Positions 36,061-47,995 of a stretch of DNA of 64,000 bases are shown here, in pieces. The position numbers and the translations under genes were made by a program. Origin of the DNA: Callorhinchus milii. Taxonomy: Eukaryota. The DNA is taken from the NCBI RefSeq assembly GCF_018977255.1, contig NW_024704743.1, positions 47,432,001 through 47,496,000 of the forward strand. Direction: 5' to 3'. The stretch's first letter is position 1, and the number at the start of each line of letters is the position of its first letter. The notes under the pieces are model-generated. The model was not told where the DNA came from. It searched no databases and saw only the letters and a list, made by a program, of their open reading frames with translations.

Positions 36061-36225
36061 TCTCCAAAGTGACATGCTTGGCAATAGAATGTCAGAATTG
36101 AGTCAATTGGTAGTCCAGTTCTTGAGCCATGAGGGTCCTCAGTACTCCAAGGCTGTTAGCAGCCCAGCCAGCCAAGTTTATTGGAAAGCCTTGGAGCAGC
36201 AGAACCATCATTGCGGATAGAAAAT
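36061..36225 (+). repeat. Third copy of the foldback-arm repeat
   Basis: ctccaaagtgacatgcttggcaatagaatgtcagaattga...cagtactccaaggc is similar to 20435-20630 and to the reverse of 20905-21102. Confidence 0.75.
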
Positions 36226-36339
36226 CCCCCAGATAATATTGGTTATCGTCTCCATGGCTGTTTGTGGGAAATTTCTGTGGGTAAATTGGCTACTACTTTT
36301 GTCTACAAAAATACAGTCGCTGCACACTAAAATCCCGTG

Positions 36340-37560
36340 AACAACAACAACTTGCATTTATATAGCACCCTCCACACAGAGTAGAGTCTCAGAGTGCTTA
36401 ACAGTGGTGGAGCTTGACTCCGAGCTGGTGGGGGAGGTGTCCGTAAGCTCAGTCGAAGAGGAAAGTTTTCAGGTGGGACTTGAAAGTGGGGAGGGGAGGG
36501 AGGGGCAAGGCGAAGAGTGTTAGAGTGTTCCAGGGTTTTGGGGCATAGTTGCTAAAACTGCAACCTTAGATAGTAGTGCGGAGGGTGCAAGGGACAAGCA
36601 GGAGGCCGGTGCCAGTTGAGTGAAGATACCGGGTGGTGGATTGGGGTTGAGGAGGTCGGAGAGGTAGCGAGGTGCCAGAGAGTGAAGGGATTTGAACACG
36701 AGTGTGAGGATCTTGAAGTCGAACCGTTCAGTGATGGAGAGCCAGTGGAGCCTGGCCAAAACTGGTGAGATGTGGGTATGGAGTTCGGTCCAGGTCAGTA
36801 TACGGGCAACAGAGTTTTGAATGAGCTGAATCTTGTGAGTAGTGGAGCTGGGGAGACCGGAGAAGAGTGCATTGGAGTAATCCAGGTGGGAAGTGACAAA
36901 TGTATGCACAAGGGCTTCGGCTCCATTTGGGGTAGAGTCTGGTCGGAGCCGGGCAATGTGATAGAGGTGGAAGAAGCCGGTCCTGGTCAGGGATCGGATG
37001 TGGGGGAGGGAGGACAGCTGGGGGTTGAACCGGCTAGGGTGCACACTGGTTCGGTGAGTCTGAGGGAGAGCCCAGGGAGGTTGAGGAGTTTAGATCCACA
37101 GGAGTGAAGGCACTGATGGGAGCCAAGGAGTATGGATTCAATCTTGTCCATATTCAGCTGCTGGAAGTTTACACTCATCCAGACCCTGATATCTGCCAGA
37201 CAAGCTGATAAAACATCGACGGACCTGGAGTTCGTACTGGAGGAGACAAAGTAGATTTGTGTGTCATCCACATACATGTGGAAGTTTACCCCATGTCTGC
37301 AGATGACATCATCCAGAGGGAGCATATAGATAAGGAAAAGAAGAGGGCCAAGGATGGAGCCCTGGGGTACCCCGCAGGTGACCGGGCGGAAGCGGGAGAT
37401 GAAACTATTTGTTGAGATGAAATGGAGGTGGTTGGTTAAATAGGACTTGAAACATGTGAGTGCAGTCCCACTAAGGTAGATGAGGGAGGAGAGGTGGTGA
37501 AGGAGGATGGAGTAGTCGACTGTGTCGAACGTGGCAGAATGATCCAGAGGACGAGAGAGA
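36340..37560 (-). mobile_element. L2 LINE 3' fragment including RT core
   Basis: DHSATFDTVDYSILL...GVPQGSILGPLLFLIYMLPL...NFHMYVDDTQIY and FFHLYHIARLRP...LDYSNALFSGLP; frameshifted; tail type b. Confidence 0.95.
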
Positions 37561-37664
37561 TCCCGGAGGACGAGGTGGAAGTTTATTTGGCTGTCCTCAA
37601 GAACAGCATTCCAGTAGTGGGCATAAAACACAGTATAAAAATAGGCCATTCCGCTCACTAACAA

Positions 37665-37768
37665 TATACAATCATTTCACTTTACAGTATATTCCATGAA
37701 GTGCTTTGAGACGTCTCAAAGATGTGACAAGGCGCTATATCAATTGCAAGGATTATTACTATTATTAA
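37665..37768 (+). mobile_element. SINE 3' tail fragment
   Basis: cactttacagtatattccatgaagtgctttgagacgtc...gcgctatatcaattgcaaggattatta. Confidence 0.82.
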
Positions 37769-38549
37769 CTGCAGAATAATCAACCAGCTGCACATCTCTA
37801 TTATTCAGCCACTGTCTTCATCTTTTCATAGACAAATCCCCTCTTCAATACCAGAGAACCCCATGGAATAAGATGGATCATATTTTCAACCACAATCCTG
37901 ATCCTAATGAGAACTAACAGCAAAATATCTGCATTAAAATATTAGATCAGGACAACTAAAAGTGGAACTTGGAAAGAACTTAAACCAATATATATTGTGC
38001 TTCATTGACCAATAAGCTTTTGATTATCAAAAGTAATCCAAAGAAATAGAATTTATTTGGATAAATAAAGGTTCAGAGAATAAAACATCATTCCACAAAT
38101 TATTCAACAGATTGAGGAATGTAAAGTGCTTTGAAAAGAAAAATATCTTTTCCAACTTCTCTTTTCTTTCAGCCTTCTTCTCCCTCTGTCCATTCCTTTG
38201 TTTCTTTCCTTTCCATTCTATACACTATTACCTTCACTATGCTGATTTTGTAACTACAGGCCTGGTTTCCATTGGCCTGCTTATATCAAGCCAAGGGAAT
38301 TCTAGCATAAGAGAATTAAATGTTGAACATTTTTGCACAGAATTTTCTGTTCCAGAACAAACTGTTCCCTTTTGATAAATGTAATATTTATGAAGGATTG
38401 TCATTGTTGGTTAACGTGACATGTTTACAGTTGTTTTAATGTTGAATAGCACACATCTGATCCCTGCAACAGCAATAAGTAATATTGGAACAAGAGTGCT
38501 GGAGTTGCATACCGATGAGCGTTCAAACCTCAGTGCATTTAATTTAAAG

Positions 38550-39070
38550 TGTGTCAGCTTAGCTCAGTTGGTAGACCTCTTGTTTCTGATTCAGAAGGTT
38601 GTGGTTTCATGTCCCATGTCAGGACTTGGACTCATATAGTCTAAATTGACATTCCAATGCACTGCTATATTCTACTGACTTTACAGTTCCTCAGAGGATC
38701 AAGTTCAAGATCCTTGTCCTGGTCTTCAAATTCCTCCATGGTCTCTCCCCACCCAACTATGTAATCTTCTCCAACCCTAGATTACAGCCTGTGCTACGCA
38801 CTCTTTTCATTTTGTTCCATTGCTCTCTGCCACTGACAATAGTTGCTGAGCCTTCAAATAACATGAACCTCATCCTCTGAAACTCTCTTCCAAACCACTC
38901 TATCTAGGTTACTTCACTCCATTTCTTCAAAAGCCTCCTAAAAGCATTTCTCCTTGGCGATGGGCAATATCTTTAAATCTCTAATTTCCCTGCTCAATGT
39001 GCATCACTGCATTTGTCAAGCACTTTAAGATGTACTTTTACCTTGAAGTCATTATTAAAATGCAAGTTTG
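38550..39070 (+). mobile_element. SINE B head followed by old L2 3' fragment
   Basis: gtcagcttagctcagttggtag...cagaaggttgtgg head; then aagttcaagatccttgtcctggtcttcaaattcctccatgg (FKILVLVFK.LHG) and tail aaaatgcaagtttg. Confidence 0.65.
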
Positions 39071-40479
39071 TTCTTGCTATTCAGTTTCCCAGTGGTGACA
39101 ACCCTTCGATTTGATTGATGGACACAACAATGAAAAAAAAGCTTACGCATAGATCTGAAGGGCGTTATTCAAAAAGATGACCATTTAAAAACTAATTTCC
39201 CAGCTCTACCAGTGCAGACAAATTAATTGTATGAATTACTGAATGTGCTACTGTTTATTGACAAGAGGAATGTTGTTATTTTATATCCATTTCTATTTGA
39301 TTTGGAAAGTTGCCAAATTGCATTTACACTGTGAGTGTCTTGAGAATTTACAGCTCTGTGGCTTGGATCTTTTGTGACCCAAAAAACCTCAAACTGTATC
39401 ATATCCATTTTGGGCTATAAAATAAACGAATCACGCTATACCAAACACAGAATATAGTTCAAGCTACATTCCAGGAAATGTTGCACTTATCTTACTGATG
39501 TTGTCTCATCAATATGTCTCTGGAGATTGGTGCACTTACAATTCAAATGAGGTCAGTGAGGTTGAGAAAAAAAGGTTGAGAAAAACACTCTTCTTTCAAT
39601 ATTATTACATTTACCCTTTTATTCAGGAGTTTTCATTTTAGCTGGTGTTCTTACTTTGGAAGTCTTGTTTAAGTGACGTTTGTTTGAAAACATTAGAACA
39701 GTGTTAGGCACATTATTCAGCCTTTGATCTCAATATGAAAACGTTCACATGCATACTGCTCTTGTTTTGTATGCATTTTGAATATGTTCCAAACGCTTCT
39801 CTTACTGAAGGCCAATTTGTATTTCATGCACTTATTCCCCAACAGTAGCACAGTCTTCAAATTGCCTTGAAGGTGGTGATAAGGCTTCTAAAAAAAATGG
39901 CATTCAGATTCTGCTGTCCACCAGATTCCCCCATCCCAAAGTTCATATGGTCCAGACCCTAAGTATGAAAATGTGCACTGCGCTAGCAGAGAAAGCCTTC
40001 CTAAATCAGGAAACAGAAACCTCAAGCATGTAGAACCAGTAGACTGCTACAAAAATGATGCCTTGGAGAGAGAGTTGCTAGACCATGGGAACAGACATCT
40101 CAACAGTAAAAACAGACATGCTGGAAATTCACAGTAGGTGAATCAATTTCACAGATCAATTTTTCTTTTTACTTCATAGAAATTAAAATGCCAGGAATGC
40201 TCTGAAACACTTCAGTGTGAAATACTGATTTTTGTTCTTTGGTCAGTTGGACACCACAGAAACCCATCACCATGCTTAAGAGTATCCAAATGAGATAGAG
40301 TTCCACATTTGTATGGAAATTCCCACTTGTTATTGTTATCTGCTAGATTAAAACCAGTCAGGTCCACAGTAATATTTTGAACAGGTTGACTAGCCTGTCT
40401 GGCTCACCATTGAGAATTTGAGATTTAGGCATCTCAAGCCAAAACCTTAGCAGATAGGCCAGTCTGAAACCTACCAGCA

Positions 40480-40890
40480 CTGGAACCAGTCCCACTGTTC
40501 TCCCTATCACCGAATGGATCAATTTCAACATCCTCGCACTCTTCTTCAAATCCCTTAATGTCCTGGAACCTCCTTATCGCTCCGATCTGCTTAATCCCAA
40601 ACGCACTACTGGCTGCCTCCGCTTGACTGGCTCCGGCCTCCTGCATGTTCCTCCGTTCCACCTCAGTAACAACACTTTCAGCCACTACACCCTGAAACTC
40701 TGGAACACGTTATCCCTCCGCCTTGCTCCTTCCTTCCCCATCTTCAGGTTACGCCTGAAGATCTTCCTCTTCAACCACCTACAGTCACCTCCCCCTCCCT
40801 CCAGCTCGAGAGTCGTGCTCCACTACTGTCAAGCGCTCTGAGGCACTGCCCTGGGTGAGAGGCACAATATAAATGCAAGTTGATGTTTTT
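40480..40890 (+). mobile_element. L2 3' fragment (tail type b)
   Basis: FNILALFFKSL..GSGLLHVPP..FSHYTLKLWNTL..FRLRLKIFLF; tail ggcacaatataaatgcaagttgatg. Confidence 0.88.
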
Positions 40891-41780
40891 GAACATCACT
40901 ATTTACTTTAACAGAAACCCAAATCCTCTGAACGGAGTCAAAAATATAAAACATTGAAAATGAATATGAATTGGATACGTGGAAATTAGCCTCGATGGAA
41001 TTAAAGTTTCATTCGTTTTCACCAGTGTTTGCAAATATATAGTTAAGTCATGGTACACTTTGTACGTGTGAAATGCAGGAAAACATTTTTTTTGTGGGTA
41101 GAATCAGACTTGGAGCAACAGAACCGTTCATGTGTGATTTGAAACTTGTCATTCAGCTGCTGGAAGGTTACGCTCTGATTACCAGAGGGCATGTCTGTAC
41201 TACATCCAGAAATAATACTTTTCTTCAGTGCCCCACACACAGTAACTAGATGCACACTATTCTTCCCTGTGATCTGTAATGCTCAGCATGAGGTTTAGAG
41301 GGAACACGTTCTATAACAAACATTTAAGAGAGAGATTTTATTCTCAGATACTGAAGTCACTAAAGTCAGTCAAGTTCCAGTAATTCAGCTTCAAACGTTT
41401 GTTACCATTGTTTATAGACTACTCACTGCATTGCTGATTCACACCGTAATCTTATGCATTTATTTCTGACCTAAAAATCAATGCAATGAGTTAGGGTGGT
41501 TCAGTTGGTAGTGTTCTCATTCTGAGTCAGAAGGTTGCAGGTTGGGACTTTGAATTTACATAGATTAGACTGATACTCCAATCCTTCTCTGCAATTCAAT
41601 GCTAGCGATTCAATCCTTAGATTTGTGCAACATTGTTTATGGATAAACTGGCTACTGTATCCGTCTGCAAAATACACAGTTATGAACATAGGCAGTGGGT
41701 GGATAGTTCCAGAGGGGGCTCAGCCTCTCCCAAAATCTATCTACAACTCACCACTTTAAGGGGAAGTGAACTGTAGATAG

Positions 41781-41942
41781 ATAATAATTATTATTTGATA
41801 TAGCGCATTTGATATAGCGCATTTGATATAGCGCATTTGATATAGCGCATTTGATATAGCGCATTATCATGTCTTTGAGACATCTCAAAGAGCTTCACAA
41901 AATATACTGTAAAGTTAATTGACTGTATATTTTGTGGGCGAA
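41781..41942 (-). mobile_element. SINE 3' tail fragment containing a 14-bp tandem array
   Basis: SINE tail with five exact copies of atttgatatagcgc at 41793-41862. Confidence 0.88.
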
Positions 41943-42334
41943 GGGAAGGGCCACTTTTGCAGGTCAGAAGGGTTTGGGCATTAATCCCTTAATGCATTGC
42001 TGCCCAGTGGAGCTATGCGAGAAATAAAAATAAAATTTAATTTGATATACACCTCAAAGAACTTGGCAGAGTATTTTCTGTAAAGTGTGTTAATAATGTC
42101 TTTGTAGACAAACGTGGCATGCCGTTTGCGCAAAAACAACAGACAAACAGCCAGAGAATGGGAGTAAGAGTTTGGAGAGTCTTAATTGTGAGTTTTGGAG
42201 GATTGGAAATTTATGAAAACTGGAGCTAGCAAGTCATTGAGAAGAACACTGGAAGATCTACTTATATCTAGAAAATTGGCAACTCACAAGCAACAGTAAA
42301 CTATTTCCAGTGTCTTGTTTCATGCATAAGATAC

Positions 42335-42675
42335 TAATATAATTGGACTGAGCAGACTGGGGTTATATTCCTTTGAGCAGAGGAGGTTAAGGGATGACTT
42401 GATCGTGATGTTTACAACAATGAACATAATTCACAGATTAGATAGAAGCCACCTCATCCTTTTGGCAGATGATTTCATTATAAGAATTTTAAGGCACAGC
42501 TTGAAAATCAGAACCCAGATGGTTACAAGTGAAGTCAGAAACTGGGTAGTAAAGGTATTAAAGGGTATGGAGAAGGGGCATGCACTGGGATTAAAAGATC
42601 TGCCAGGATTTAATTGTAGAGCAGGTTCGATAGGCTGAATGGACTCCTCCAGTTCCTGTTTTCCTATGTTTCTAA
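42335..42675 (+). mobile_element. Old CR1 3' end
   Basis: GLYSFEQRRLRDDLIVMFTTM remnant; 3' UTR ggctgaatggactcctccagttcctgttttcctatgtttct. Confidence 0.75.
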
Positions 42676-43611
42676 GATTCAGTTAAAGAATACAAAAAAG
42701 TCACTGGACTGAGATCACTTAATTACAATTTGCAGTCATTTACAAGAAATAATGATCTCAGGGAGGGGAGAGGCAGGCTAGTTAAACTACCAAAGGGGAT
42801 TTTTAAACAGATCTTGAAGGGGATGTAATCTTCATGAAATAACTAGTTAGTAAAGCCTTTTCTATGAAGATCAGGAATCATTTTTATCATGATGACATTG
42901 TGAACAAGTGATACAATGATTTGGTTATCATGTTATCATATTGATCTCTGTTATCATATCAGCACCTCTGGTATAAACATTGTTTTCTCCAGGAAAGGAA
43001 CCTCCACAGAGATGCAGTACCTCAGCTTGGAGTTGAAACACCACGTGACATAGAGAGGACTGTTTATATCGGAGGCATTTTTGCCAGCAGCAGTGGGCAG
43101 TAATTTTCATCAACAAGATGCTCCTTCAAAATTTATAAGGTAAAGCAACTTTTTCTTGCACATATGATTGATGGTCCTTCATAAAGCATGTTAATGTGAA
43201 CCAATCATTAACAACATTTTTACAGTTCATTGTTGCAGTTTAATGAAGAAATATGAATATTAAGTATAAATGGGTAAATTGGCATTCTCAGACATGTGTC
43301 AAAATTACCCCCAGCTTGAAAGCTAAATTTACCAGAATGACTGTATCTGTTCCCATCACTGAAAACAGTTTTAGGAAAATGTCACAATCAGTTTGGTTTT
43401 ACGTTTCCTTTCCAATCTGAAGCATGAGCTGGCAAGTGCAGGCACAAAACAAAGCAGTTTAAAACTATACATGATGTTATTATGTATTAAAACTTGTTAT
43501 ATTTTGATCAAATATTGCTGCAACGAGGAACAAACTCCATTCTGTTGTATGAAACAGTTCTTTCTCTTAATACATCATCATCAAAATAATAATAATAATA
43601 ATGAAAATAAT

Positions 43612-43783
43612 GTGGTCGCTCAATCCAAGACTGTTTGTGCTACTCTGCTGTGTGCAATTGGTTGCCGCATTTCGCCCACAAAATATACAGTCAATTCACT
43701 TCACAGTATATTCTGTAAAGCACTTTGAGACTTCTCGAAGATGTGATAAGGCACAATATCAAATGCAAAGATTATTATTATTA
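43612..43783 (+). mobile_element. SINE family A, 5'-truncated
   Basis: ggtcgctcaatccaagactgtttgtg...caaatgcaaagattattatta. Confidence 0.87.
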
Positions 43784-44091
43784 TCAGAAGGATTTTTAAA
43801 TCAAACAGTATTTCAAAAGTTTCTGTAAAGGTATTGTAAAACATTTTGCTCCATTTAGATACTTATTTTCTCTTTTTCTGTTAGTCTGGCTCAGTTGGTA
43901 GTGCAGAGGAGAGTAACAAGGATGACCCCAGTACTAGAGGAATGAACTACATAGCATTTATTAAACAACCTAGGGATCTTCAGTTTTAAGAGAAAACATC
44001 TCAGACGGGACATTATAGAGGTGCATAATTTTAAATGGGATTGAAAAACTAAATGCAGAACAATACTTTAGGATGCACCAAGACAGTAGAA

Positions 44092-46076
44092 CAGGGGTAG
44101 GAATTATCTTGGCTGGCGGGCCACTTCACAAGTTTTGGTAAGCTTTACGGGCCACACACTTAATATAGATGCAAATGCTTAATAATACTCAAAATCAAGT
44201 TTTACACTTGTACGTGCATAAAATAAAGCTTATATAATTGACATTCATTAAAATTAGGTTAAATAAAAGCAACTCATTGAGCAGACATTTATTCGATATT
44301 TAGTAATTTATTCACATATTGATGAGAATGTGAGAAGCTCATTCAATGGGAAGAATGAAAGCGTTGATGTGCGTTAACCAGACAATCAAAGTCAGGCATC
44401 GTCTCCATTGTTGCAATGCAGAGTACTGCTGCAAGGTGGTCATCAGTCATCACGGATCTATGTTTTTATTTATTGAATTTCATCATAGAAAATGTCTCCT
44501 CGCATATGTATGTTGATCCAAACAGCACAAGCATTCTCCGGGAATGAGCCTTTATTTTTGGAAAGGTATATTCATTAAGAGAGGCGTAAAAACTGGGAAG
44601 CGACACTGATTTGAATTGCTCTGCAAGCAATGGATCACATTGCAGGTCAATAAACTCGAGTTGGAGGTCAAACGGGGCTTTGTCAACATCAAATAAGAAA
44701 GGTGAAGAGACCCAAGACAGGTCATTTTCGATCAAATTGAAATCCTGGAATCGGCAAGAAAATTCGACATGTAAGTCAAGCAGTGACAAGCTATACCTTT
44801 TAAGGCTTTGATCGCAAACAGTAATCTGCTACAAAGTTGGAAAGTGGACGAACAGCCTGTTTCCTATCTGATGCATAAAATAAGTAATTTCGTCATAAAT
44901 GACTTGACACTGCAATACAAATCGTGCAGTTTTGAATTCAGCTCATTCATGTGGCCCATGATATAAACGGCAAATGTGAAATCAGAGAGCCAATTCCCAT
45001 CATTCAGCTGTGGGAAATCCGAATCTTTTTGCTTCATGTCTAAAAGTAAATCAATCTCTGTTCTCAGTTCCCACACTCTTTTCAAGACCTTTCCTAAACT
45101 AAGCCAATCTTACATTCGTGTGATACAGAACATCCGTGTGCTCGGATTCCAATTCCTCAAGCAGGGTTACAAATTGCTTATGGTTTAATCCTCTTGCTCG
45201 AATGTAGTTGACCACTTCCGTAACTGTGTCCACGACATTGCTTAGTTTTAGAACACTCCTACAGAGGACCTCTTGATGGATAATGCAGTGTAGAAAAACA
45301 ATATTCTGTTCTGGATTTATTTCTTTGACTTGATCTTGAATTCTTTTCAGTAACCCAACATTTTTGCTGTCAGATTTGGGCTTCCATCAGTGGTCACATT
45401 CACCAATTTTTTCCACTCCACTCCTAATTTTAAGATACACTTATTTACTGCCTCCAAAAAGTCTTCTCCGGTTGTCGTATCTTTCATTGATTTCATTGAT
45501 GCCAATTCTTCTGTGAGCTCAAAATGTTTGGTGATACCTCGAATAAAAATTATCAACTGGGCTGCGTCTTTGACATCACAACTCTCATCGAGTGCCAGTG
45601 AAAAACATGCAAAATTGCTTACTTTATTTTGTAACTGCACACTGCTTTTATTTTCTTTATTTTATTTTTAAATTTATTTTTACTTTTATTTTATTTATTT
45701 TCCACCCACACTGGTAAAAAAAATTTAGAAGTCCATTCTTCGGCCTTCAACGTCCACTTTCCGCTTCTTTGATAAACTCATTTTGAATTAACGTCGTCTT
45801 CAGTGAAAAGTATTACCGCAGTTGCCGTATGCACGTTTGAAAATTTGCCGATCTGTACATTTCTGACGACAGCCTGATTCAACACTTAAGGGAGCGTGCG
45901 CACAACTAAGCAGTGTGATTGGCTGATGTTCCCAGTCTGATTCAAATGCAAAATTTGTGCGACTTTCTGGGACTGAACGAACTATAATTTTTTCTATTGC
46001 TAGACACAATGACGGGCCGGATAGAATCATTTGGTGGGCCGGATATGGCCCAGAGGCCTCCTTTTGCCCACCGCTG
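44092..46076 (-). mobile_element. hAT DNA transposon (SPIN/GTF2IRD2-like), internally deleted
   Basis: Termini CAGGGGTAGGAA and (reverse complement) CAGCGGTGGGCAA. Exact 8-bp target-site duplication cagtagaa at 44084-44091 and 46077-46084. Transposase fragments lie inside. Confidence 0.95.
44343..45781 (-). pseudogene. Degenerate hAT transposase
   Basis: MSLSKKRKVDVEGR start; FSLALDESCDVKDAAQLIIFIRG; VTTDGSP; HCIIHQEVLC; LFGSTYICEETFSMMKFNK; ends ...QRFHSSH*. Contains frameshifts and a deletion after the N-terminus. Confidence 0.92.
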
Positions 46077-46194
46077 CAGTAGAACAATAGTCCGTAGGTT
46101 TTAAGTTGCAAACGGAATTTTTTGGAACAGATACCAGGATGTTTTTCTTTACCAAAGGGTAATTAAAGACTAGCTACCAGGAAGGGTAGTTGGA

Positions 46195-46770
46195 CAACAA
46201 CAACTTGCACTTATATAGTACCCTCCATGCAGGGTAGCATCTCAGAGCGCTTAACAATGCAAAGCCTGACTCCAAGCCGGTGGTGGTGGGGGAAGGTGAC
46301 TGTAAGGAAGGCTTTCAGGCAGGACTTGAAAAAGGGAAGAGTGGAGGCAATGTGGAGGGTTTGAGGTGGAGTGTTCCAGAGTTTTGGGGGGTAATGGCTG
46401 AATGCGCGACCTCCAATGGTGGAGTGGAGGGTGCGAGGGACAAGCAGGAGGTCAGTGCCAGTTGAGCAGAGGGGCCGGGTGGTGGATTGAGGAGTGAAGA
46501 GGTTGGAGAGGTAAGGAGGTGCCAGGGAATGAAGGGAATGATGGAGAGCCAGTGGAGCCTGGCCAGATCTGGTGAGATGTGGATATGGAGTTTGGTCCGG
46601 GTCAGTATGCGGGCGGCAGAATTCTGAATGAGCTACATCTTTTGAATAGTGGAGCTGGGGAGACCAGTGAGGAGTGCGTTTGAATAATCCAGGCGGGAGG
46701 TGACAAATGCACGCACAAAGGTTTCAGCTGCATTTGGGGTAAGGTATGGTTGGAGGAGGGCAAGAGGTGG
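46195..46770 (-). mobile_element. L2 3' fragment (tail type b)
   Basis: caacaacaacttgcacttatatag tail; the minus strand encodes AAETFVRAFVTSRLDYSNALLTGLP-like remnants. Confidence 0.88.
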
Positions 46771-47037
46771 AGGCGCAGGTTTAAGCCAGGACACTGGACT
46801 AATTTTAAAAACAGCTTGATGCTATGATGAGAGAGTGAATATAGTGGAAGGATGAGATCAGATGGGTCGAAGGGCCTTCTTTATGCAAACTAGTCTTGTA
46901 ATCTTGTGGCAGCACTCCCCTCTGAGTCAGACAGTTGTGGGTTCAACCCCCATGTTGAGGATGTTGAGCTCACAGTTGAAGCTGACCACTTCAGTGCAAC
47001 GTTTGGGAAATGCTGCAAAGTCGGAGGTACTGTCCTT

Positions 47038-47675
47038 CAACAACAACAACAAAATTACATTTGTATTGCGTCTTTCATGTCGGGAGGACGTCCCAGTCAT
47101 TGTTTTGGACCCGAGCTGGGGGTCAAGATTGGGGAAGGTGGAGGGCAGGGGGGGGAAGCAGGTTGATCGAAAGCACGGTTGAAAAGGAGGGTCTTGAGAT
47201 GGGTCTTGAAGGAGGCAAGTGAGGGGGCAAGGCGGAGGATTGTGGGATGGAGTTCCAGAAGGTAGGGATGTATGAGGGTCTCGGTGGCCTGCGGTGTTAG
47301 ACAGTGGTGGAGCCGTGCAATGTTGTGGAGGTGGGCGAAGGCAGAGTGGGTCATGGCACAGATGTGGGGTAGAAAGGATAGTTGAGGGTCAAACAAAACG
47401 CCAAGGTTCTGGACTTGCTTAGCAACCATGGTGTGCAACCATGGAGGGTGATGCTGTCAGCGCCTGAGGTGAGGAGGCGCTGACGGGAGCCAATCAGGAG
47501 AGCCTCGTTGTTGATTTTCAATTGAAGAAAGTTAGCTCTCATCCAGGACTTGATGTCTGAAAGACATTCTGTCAGCACAGCAGTGGTCCTGGAGTCAAGG
47601 GTGGAGGCAGAGAGGTAGAGTTGGGTGTCATCTGCATACATGTGGAAGTTGATCCCATTTCTGGGGATGATGTCA
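47038..47675 (-). mobile_element. L2 3' fragment (tail type a), internally deleted
   Basis: HMYADDTQLYLS...CLSDIKSWMRANFLQL; VQNLGVLFDPQLSFLPHI; LASFKTHLKTLLF; (TTG)n tail. Confidence 0.92.
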
Positions 47676-47735
47676 CTTTCGAATGAGATGTTAATCCTGA
47701 CTATTCAAGTGGATCTTGAAGAACCCATGGTGCTA

Positions 47736-47995
47736 ATAATTGTAATAATAATAATAATCTTTGCACTTGATATAGCGCCTTATCACATCTTCTAGACGTC
47801 TCAAAATACTTTGCAGAATATACCTTAAAGTGAATTAACTGTATATTTTGTGGGTGAAACACGGCAACCAATTGTTGACAGCGGTGTCCCACAAACAGTC
47901 GTGGATTGAGTGACCAAATTATTTTTATTTATTTTGAAGGGATTATTACCCCCAGAAAAGTGATCCGCCAAACAACTAACATCCGGGTTCCTATA
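47736..47995 (-). mobile_element. SINE family A, 5'-truncated
   Basis: Tail plus ggattattaccccagaaaagtgatccgcc...ccgggttccta block. Confidence 0.87.

Larger units (their letters stand above)
43905..46192 (+). mobile_element. Old CR1 3' fragment split by the hAT insertion
   Basis: gtgcagaggagagtaacaaggatg (VQRRVTRM)...gacagtagaa | caatagtccgtaggttttaagttgc...tttttctttaccaaagggta. The halves 43905-44091 and 46085-46192 are colinear. Confidence 0.7.

Noticed and set aside
41793..41862. Short tandem array as possible CRISPR (also 51330-51407)
   Set aside because: The repeats are contiguous with no unique spacers, there are no cas genes, and the context is vertebrate.
42993..43140. Plus-strand exon-like segment with good acceptor and donor
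   Set aside because: Stops in all three frames; it could only be non-coding and has no other support.
44343..45781. Domesticated GTF2IRD2/ZBED-like host gene
   Set aside because: Multiple frameshifts, a deletion, and retained terminal repeats with a target-site duplication show it is a decaying transposon copy.
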